This document shows positions 55,929 to 64,000 of a stretch of DNA of 64,000 bases, one piece after another. The translations under genes and the position numbers were made by a program. Each line of letters opens with the position of its first letter. Positions within the stretch are counted from its first letter, which is position 1. This stretch comes from Octopus vulgaris (taxonomy: Eukaryota), in assembly GCA_951406725.2 (NCBI GenBank), contig OX597831.1, forward strand, positions 40,424,001-40,488,000, written 5' to 3'. The notes below the pieces were generated by a model. The model did no database searches. It worked only from the letters and a program-made list of their open reading frames with translations, and was not told the origin of the DNA.

Positions 55929-56383
55929 GGTGGAGCTGCTGGTTGTTGTTGTGGTGATGATTGTGGTATAGAAAAAATATTTTCAATATTGGAAAAGAAT
56001 TTGTCAACTGCTTCAGATGGCTTTTAATTTTGTGCTTTCTATTTTCTGCACTGTTTTTGAAATCCTGTGTGAAGGAACATTCGAGATGTCTTCTTCAACA
56101 GTATCTCGCAGAAAGTTGAAATATCTTTTAATCTTTTATTTGCTTCAGTCAAAGGACTTCACTGCGGCCATGCTGGGGCACAGTCTTGAAGGGTTTTTAG
56201 ACGAAAGAATCGATACCCGAACGTATTTTTATAAACCCTGGTACTTATTCTATCGGTACCTTTAGCCATACCGCTAAGTTACAGGGACGTAAACAAACGA
56301 ACACTGGTTTTCAAGCCGCGGGACAAACACAAAGACAAACGCACACTTGTATATAACTTCTTTTTTATCTATCTACCTATCTC

Positions 56384-56417
<34 letters not shown>

Positions 56418-56447
56418 AATCTATCTATCTATCTATCTATACATACA

Positions 56448-56514
<67 letters not shown>

Positions 56515-56550
56515 ATAAGGAGAGATATATATGCAGGCTGTAATATCTAG

Positions 56551-56962
56551 GGAGCGAGCTGGCAGAAACGTTAGCACGCCGGGCGAAATACGTAGCCATA
56601 TTACGTCTGTCGTTACGTTCTGAGTTCAAATTCCGCCGAGGTCGACTTTGCCTTTCATCCTTTCTGGGTCGATAAATAAAGTACCAGTTTCGTACTGGGG
56701 TCTATGTAATCGACTTAATCCCTTTGTCTGTCTTTGTTTGCTCCCTCTATGTTTAGCCCCTTGTGGGTAATAAAGAAATAGGTATTTCGTATGTCTTTAC
56801 GTTCTGAGTTCAAATTCCGCCGAGGTCGACTTTGCCTTTCATCCTTTCTGGGTCGATAAATAAAGTACCAGTTTCGCACTGGGGTCTATGTAATCGACTT
56901 AATCTATTTGTCTGTCTTTGTTTGCTCCCTCTATGTTTAGCCCTTTGTGGGTAGTAAAAAAA
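56551..56962 (+). mobile_element. SINE family B with tandem internal duplication
   Basis: A ~180-bp unit occurs twice. tgtaatatctaggg-like sequence on both flanks is a possible TSD. Confidence 0.8.
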
Positions 56963-57927
56963 TGTGTAATATCTAGGGGGCGCAAGGTTGTTTAGTTAGC
57001 TAGCTTATATCAGGATGCGTGTAAACACATACACACACGGCAGTCTGCAAAATTGATGTAGCACATGTTGAAAGGAGTTCCACCCATAAGGTCGATAAAT
57101 TAAGTACCAGTTGCGTACTGGTATCGATCTAATCGATTGGCCTCCGCCCCGAAAATTTCGGGCCTTGTTCCTAGAGCAGAAAAGTATGCGGGTTAACCCA
57201 ACAAAATGGCGGTGAGCTGGTGGAATCGTTAGCACGCCGGACAAAATGCTTTGCGGCATGTTGTCCGTCTTTACGCTCTGAGTTCGAAATTCCGCCGAGG
57301 TCGACTTTGCCTTGCATTCTTTCGGGTTCGATGAAATAAATACCAGTTACACACTGGGGTCAATGTAATCGAAATACCTCCGCTTGCTAGACTTGAGCCA
57401 AAATTTGAAAATTTTGTTAGCGATGGCGGTGTTAGTGACGTTGTTATAGGGGTGGTGGTGATGGTGATGATAGTGGTAATGGTGCTGGTAACATTGATGG
57501 TGGTTATGGTGCTGGTGCTGGTGCTGGTGGTGTGCAGTAGTGGCAGTGGTGATGGTGAAGATGGCGACGATGATATCAGTGATGGTTGTGGTGGTGGTAG
57601 TGATAATGATGGTTGTGCTAACACAGGTTTGCGGTAATGGAGGTGATGGCGATAATAACAGTGATGGTGGTGGTGGTGGTGGTGGTGGTGGTAGTGGTGA
57701 TGATGATGGTTGTGTTGGTAGTGGTGGTGATCGGTGTGGGAGCGGCGATGATGGAAGATGGAAAACATCATTGTTGCATGTTAAAGTATGGAAGTGTAAT
57801 GTTTCGTGTTGCCTGGCGTGTAGTCGTCACGTGACGTTGTGTTTAGTAATTTTTGTGTTGTTGCACCTACTGCAGTTGATGCACATATATATGCATGTGC
57901 GTGCGTGTTTGTATGTATAAATACAGT

Positions 57928-57965
<38 letters not shown>

Positions 57966-58091
57966 GGACCATACATACACGCATGCGCGCACACACACAC
58001 ATACATATATACATATATACACACACATAGATATACATCTACACAGAAATATATCTATATATAAATGTGTGTGTATTATATCAATCAATCA

Positions 58092-58162
<71 letters not shown>

Positions 58163-58382
58163 ACTCTATTTATGATGTGTGCGTGCATCTGTATATGTTT
58201 ATATATATATGTGTGTGTATGTATGTATGTATGTATGTATGTATGTATGTATGTATGTGTGTGTGTGTGTGTGTGTGCATATGTATAAACGTATATACAT
58301 ACATATATGTGTGTTTATATATATATATATATATATATCGCTTTCTATTTTTCGCATGCGTTTGTTATATGGTGGCAATCAG

Positions 58383-58472
58383 TCTTGGCACGCAAAGACT
58401 TCGAGAAACAAAGAAAAGTATGCGGATTTACAGAGACCTTTGTTTCAAACGTACGGCTTTACAAGTGAGCAG
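58383..58472 (+). CDS. CCDC148: CCDC148-like exon; final coding exon(s) not found in window
   Basis: aatcag acceptor, GTAAGT donor. SWHAKTSRNKEKYADLQRPLFQTYGFTSEQ resembles ASKAR...ILQKPLFTLNTYNEQQ. Confidence 0.85.
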
Positions 58473-58720
58473 GTAAGTCACTCTTCTATATCTCTCATCA
58501 ATAAACAATAACAACAACAACAACAAAAACAACAACATCATTAGTAGCAGCCTTATTACCGAACATATTTCTGTAATTGCCAAGATGGCAGTCCACCAAA
58601 AGAATGAAAACAATACCATATAATGCAATACAATACTATTGCATTCCATTGTTGTTGTTGTTATTATTATTATCATTATTATTATTATTATCATTATTAT
58701 TATTATTATCATTATTATCA

Positions 58721-58781
<61 letters not shown>

Positions 58782-58814
58782 TATTATTATCAGGATTATT
58801 ATCATTATTATTTA

Positions 58815-59063
58815 AGGCGGCGAGCTGGCAGAAACGTTAGCAAGCCGGGCGAAATGCGTAGCCGTATTTCGTCTCTCGTTACGTTGTGAGTTCAAATTTC
58901 GCCGAGGTCGACTTTGCCTTTCATTGTTTCGGGGTCGATAAATTAAGTACCAGTTACGCACTGGGGTCGATGTAATCGACTTAAAGCCTGTGTCCTCGGG
59001 CCCACCAAAACCTTGTGAGTGGATTTGGTAGACGGAAACTGAAAGAAGCCCGTCGTATATATG

Positions 59064-59140
<77 letters not shown>

Positions 59141-59347
59141 GTGTGTGTTTGTGTTTGTCCCCCAACATCGCTTGACAACCGATGCCGGTGTGTTTACTTC
59201 CCAGCGACTTAGCGGTTCGGCAAAAGAGACCGATAGAATAATTACTGGGCTTACAAAGAATAAGTCCTGGTGTGGATTTGCTCGACTAAAGGCGGTGCTC
59301 CAGCATGGCCACACTCAAATGACTGAAACAAATAAAAGAGTAAAAGA
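58815..59347 (+). mobile_element. SINE B head joined to SINE C 3' part
   Basis: Family B sequence to ~58984, then family C body from cctcgggc onward. Confidence 0.7.
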
Positions 59348-59420
59348 GTGAAAGGGCATACACTCTCCAAGAACTCAAGTTCAGCCATACTTTGCTTCAG
59401 ACGAGTTGGTATGCATTCAT

Positions 59421-60393
59421 GGTGGAGAGGACCTGTGAGGCGTTGTGTAAGCTTTATAGAATCTAAAATTTCAGATTGCGGGATCGCCGGCGAGGCGTCA
59501 TCCCGATGCTCGGTCGAGTAGGATGGCACCGCAGCGTGCACGGAAGCTGTATGTGCAACCCCCAAGTGAACCTGACCGTGTGTGCAATAAACTTATACGA
59601 AGGCATTGCTCCAAAATTTTTAGCTAAAAGTGCATCTTGTATGTGTGTATGTATGTATACATGCATGTAAGTATGTATGCAGTTATGTACGCGTGTGTAT
59701 GCAAGTTTGAATGAATACATGCCTGGTTGCATGTATGTATACATTTATGTATATGCATGTGTATGTGTGTATGTATGTGTGTGTGTGGGGTTGTGTGTGT
59801 GAGAGGTAGTTTGTGAGCTGTTGCGTAAGTGCTACTGATAACATGGAGTCTAGTACAATCTGTTGGATGGTCGGGTCTCCGGCGACTAAATCGGCAACCC
59901 CACAACGCGTGTCTGACGAAGAGGCCTACTAGAAATACACATGGACTGAAAACAAGATCTGTGAAAAGGACAAATAAACTTCATTGACTATTTAGCAAAA
60001 GCACGAACCCTCAGAAATTCCATGTGGGTGTCCGGCGTGCTGGGAGACCACTGGCAGTGAAGTAACCCTTTTGCTAAAGTATGTCTCTAGCAAAAAGCCG
60101 CTCTGATATAAAATCAAAGATGTAGGAAATGACATTGAAGATCTTGGGTATCTTTCGCTTGCGCTTGAGATCATTGCTCTGACTTGTCCCTGGATCATGT
60201 CAATAGGGTGGAGAGGACCTGTGAGGCGTTGTGTAAGCTTTATAGAACCTAAAATTTCAGATTGCGGGATCGCCGGCGAGGCGTCATCCCGATGCTCGGT
60301 CGAGTAGGATGGCACCGCAGCGTGCACGGAAGTTGTATGTGCAACCCCCAAGTGAACCTGACCGTGTGTGCAATAAACTTATACAAAGGCATT
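59421..60393. repeat. Two near-identical ~188-bp GC/CpG-rich direct repeats (59421-59608, 60208-60393)
   Basis: Direct comparison shows only about three substitutions. Confidence 0.9.
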
Positions 60394-62373
60394 GAGGGCA
60401 TATTTTTATGGGCCACGGTTAGTTATGATCTTCCTCGATCTCGAGTAGACAGCCATGATGTATGTATGTATGTACGTATGTATGTCTGTATGTATGTATG
60501 TATGTATGTATGTATGTATGTATGTATGTATGTATGTACGTACGTATGTATGTATGTATGTATGTATGTATGTATGTATGTATGTATGTATGTGTGTATG
60601 TATGTATGTATGTACGTATGTATGTATATGTGAATGTACGTATGTATGTATATGTGAATGTACGTATGTATGTTTGTATGTACGTATGTATGCATGTAAG
60701 TATGAATGTATGTATATATTATGTATGTATATATGTATGTATGTATGTAAGTTTGTTTGGATGTATGTATGTGTGAATATATGTTGGTATTATGTATGTA
60801 TATATGCATGACTTCTAATTTTTAATTGTTATATATCTTCCACTGAGGAGGGAGCCGGTCTCCAACAAAGATGCAAAGCTCCATCTTTGTATGTATGTTT
60901 GTATGTGTGTATGTATGTATGTATGTATGTATGTATGTATGTATGTATGTATGTATGTATGTATGTATGTATTATGCATGTATATATGTATGTCTCTTCT
61001 ATTTTTAAACATTATAAATATTCTACTGAGGAGGGATCCGGTTTCCAACAAAGATAGAAGGCTCCATCTTTGTATGTATGTATATATGCATGTATATCTG
61101 TATGTATGAGCATGTATGTATGTGTGTAGGTATGTATAAGCGCTTAGCTTAGTTGTTATGGCATACGGCTCAAGATCGTAAGGTTGTGTATTCGATTCCC
61201 GATAGCGCGCTGAGCCCTTGAGCAAGACACTTTATTTCACGTCGTTCCAAGCCACTCAGGTGGTAAAAACGTAAAGAAGAGTCGCACCCGTATTTCAAAG
61301 GGCCACCCTTGTCCCATTATGTGTATCGCTGAATTTCCTGGTGAACTACATTAAGTATACGCGTTTCTGTGGAGTACTCAAACACTTGTACGTTACTTTT
61401 ACAAATAGATTGTTCCGTTGATCTGATCAACTGAAATGCTCATCGTCGTTTACGACGGAGTGTCAATTATGTACGTACGTACTATGTATGTATGTATGTA
61501 TGTATGTATGTATGTATGTATGTATGTATGTATGTTTGTACTTAAACGACATGCAAAGGTACATAAAGCCCAGTTACAAATACAGCCGGCTATTACCGGT
61601 AAAGGTAATTCTGCCAATTCTGTACAGGACATTGTAGATCTTTAGCTAGGCTAAAGAGTCACATTCGATCATAGCACCAGTAACAGTTAAGCTTCGTGCA
61701 ATGGCCATACTCGATAACGAGGGGGCAGCCATAATGTATGTATGTATGTATGTATGTATGTATGTATGTATGTATGTATGTATGTATGTATGTATGTATG
61801 TATGAATGTATGCTTGAATGCGTGTATGGCCTACAAAAATTGAATTACTGCATTAAGCTACTGATAAAGACTGCATGTTTCTATTAAGGTAGAGTTATGA
61901 TTTAAATGGCATCTGATTGCTATTTCTACCAACTTCGCTAACCATGAAGACGTCATTATTGTTTGTAACTGTGCTCTGGTTTGATATGATCAAGGTTGGT
62001 AAATAGGGTCGTAGCACTGCAGGAGATAAAACAGGTGATTAATGCTATAGAGTTACGCGACATAGGTGTTGCAGGTAAGGTGAGTGCTGATAGTGGTTGC
62101 GGTGGTGTTGGTGGTTGCGCGAGTTACAGCGGCTGTGGCGGTTGTGGTCGTGGCTATAGTAGCCATTCTAGTGGTATTGGTAATATCGTTGATAAAAATC
62201 TAAATGGTGTTGATGGATGTCGACGTCGTGGTAGCGGTGAGTGGTAGTGATTGTTGGCGGCGATGGCAGCATGGTGGTGATGGTGGTGATATACTGGACC
62301 GACCACAGGCTTGTGAATGTATTCCGAAAACTAAAACTGAAAGAAGGCCGTCGTACATCTATCTATCTATCTG

Positions 62374-62432
<59 letters not shown>

Positions 62433-62749
62433 GTATATGTATTTTTATATATACATATTTATGTATATTTATTTATATGTGTGGATGTATATATATATAT
62501 ATGTCTATATCTATGTGTATATTTCTGTGTGCTAGGGGTTGGCGCTAACCACCGTTGGAGAACCGGTGTTGGTTTGTTTATGTCCCCGTGACTTTGCTGT
62601 CCAGCAAGAAGATTCCGATAGAATAAGTAACGAGCTCAAACAAAATAAAGTACAGGGAGAGATTCAATCGATGAAAAAGTCCTTCAAGGAGGTACCCCAA
62701 AATGGCCGCATCCCAATGATTGAAACAAGAAAACGATATAAAATATCCA

Positions 62750-62826
<77 letters not shown>

Positions 62827-63467
62827 GGTGATGATGGTTAAATGACGGCAATGAGGCCTAAGCCTTGGTAATATGTCTTCTGAAGGCGGCGAGCTGGCAG
62901 AAACGTTAGCATGCCGGGCGAAATGCTTAGCTGTATTTCGTCTCTCTTTACCTTCAAACATCGACTCTGCCTTTCATTCTTTCGGAGTCGATAAATTGAT
63001 TAATTACCATTTGCGTGCTGGGGTCGATCTAATTGACTGGCTCCCTTCCCCAAAATTTCGGGTCTTGTGCCTAGAGTTGAAAAGAATGTTATGTCTTCTG
63101 GTTAATATGAGTCAGGCTGAATTTCAATAAGAAAATACAAAGGTAAGTTAAAGTTGGCCGCGCTGCAACCTTTATTTTCGACGCTAAAGTGAAATACATC
63201 AATCGGCACAACAAGTAGAAGTCTCTTAAAAACATTACACATTGAAAACGTTTCTCGAAGTTGAGGATATATGTTAAAAGAAATGCAGAACATAGCGGCC
63301 AAAGATTCTGGTTATAAATCTCTCCTTGCTGAAGCTGCAAAATGGTATAAACTACTTTCATGACGAAGATCAAAACTCGCTCGTAACAAACTCACCTCCC
63401 TAAGGAATTAAGGGGGAAAACGTCCAGCCAATTGCACGTCGTTATATATATTATATATATATATAAT

Positions 63468-63576
63468 ATATAAGAGAGTTACCGTTAAGTGGTTAACTCT
63501 AGTGCTAAAAATAGCTCCTCATTCTGGTCCTATTTTTAGCACTAGAGTTAACCACTCAACGGTAACTCTCTTATAT
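63468..63576. repeat. 47-bp-arm hairpin adjoining (TA)n
   Basis: 63468-63514 pairs with 63530-63576 (one mismatch), with a 15-nt loop. Confidence 0.85.
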
Positions 63577-63683
63577 TTATGTATAGATTTGTATTGTCTC
63601 CCTGGTTTTTATGTGCTAAGCCACTTGGTGTTAAACTGATGGTATTATTAAATTAATATCTAATTTTTCACCCTTATTTATGA

Positions 63684-63726
<43 letters not shown>

Positions 63727-64000
63727 ACGGACTTCTATGCATTTACCATTTCTTTTCTTCATTTCTAAGACGTTAAGATATGATTTGAGGGAATATTGTG
63801 CGTTATCTCTTACAAGCCGAGTTACTTATTTTGGTCGGTGTTAACTTGTTGATCACCATGACAGAAATAGAAAAAGTGGAAAGAAACCGCAACAAAATGA
63901 AACAAAGCAGCCATTTTGAAATTCGTTCCCTCATTATCTCATTAGTGTACTATAAAATACGTCATTTATATACTCTATTATATCTATTAGAAGCGAAAAA

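Noticed and set aside
58473-64000. Terminal CCDC148 exon (DPRLRFELALREAGLH-like)
   Set aside because: No matching frame was found by eye. It probably lies beyond the window.

Overview
AT-rich, microsatellite-saturated animal DNA, most likely an octopus (inferred from the tRNA-derived SINE families and repeat landscape). The only clear protein-coding gene is a + strand CCDC148-like coiled-coil gene. Nine phase-consistent GT-AG exons (5209-58472, about 419 codons) can be read; its 5' and 3' ends were not found in the window. The introns are filled with SINEs, Tc1/mariner relics and MITEs, a Helentron-type element, and restriction-endonuclease (Dong/R4- and HERO-like) LINE fragments in (TAA)n arrays. 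Most ORF-track entries are microsatellite artefacts. The most interesting structures are: (i) about ten minimal type-I hammerhead-ribozyme motifs from several unrelated Penelope-like/retrozyme-like families next to (TA)n/(TG)n tracts, several with variant catalytic cores, including a U3-A8 covariant copy duplicated in a ~327-bp inverted repeat; (ii) a U6-oligo(A)-SINE chimeric retrocopy with a 15-bp target-site duplication; (iii) a gene exon whose acceptor context is retroelement-derived; (iv) a candidate X-box-associated internal first exon. Family names come from recognition and no searches were run.
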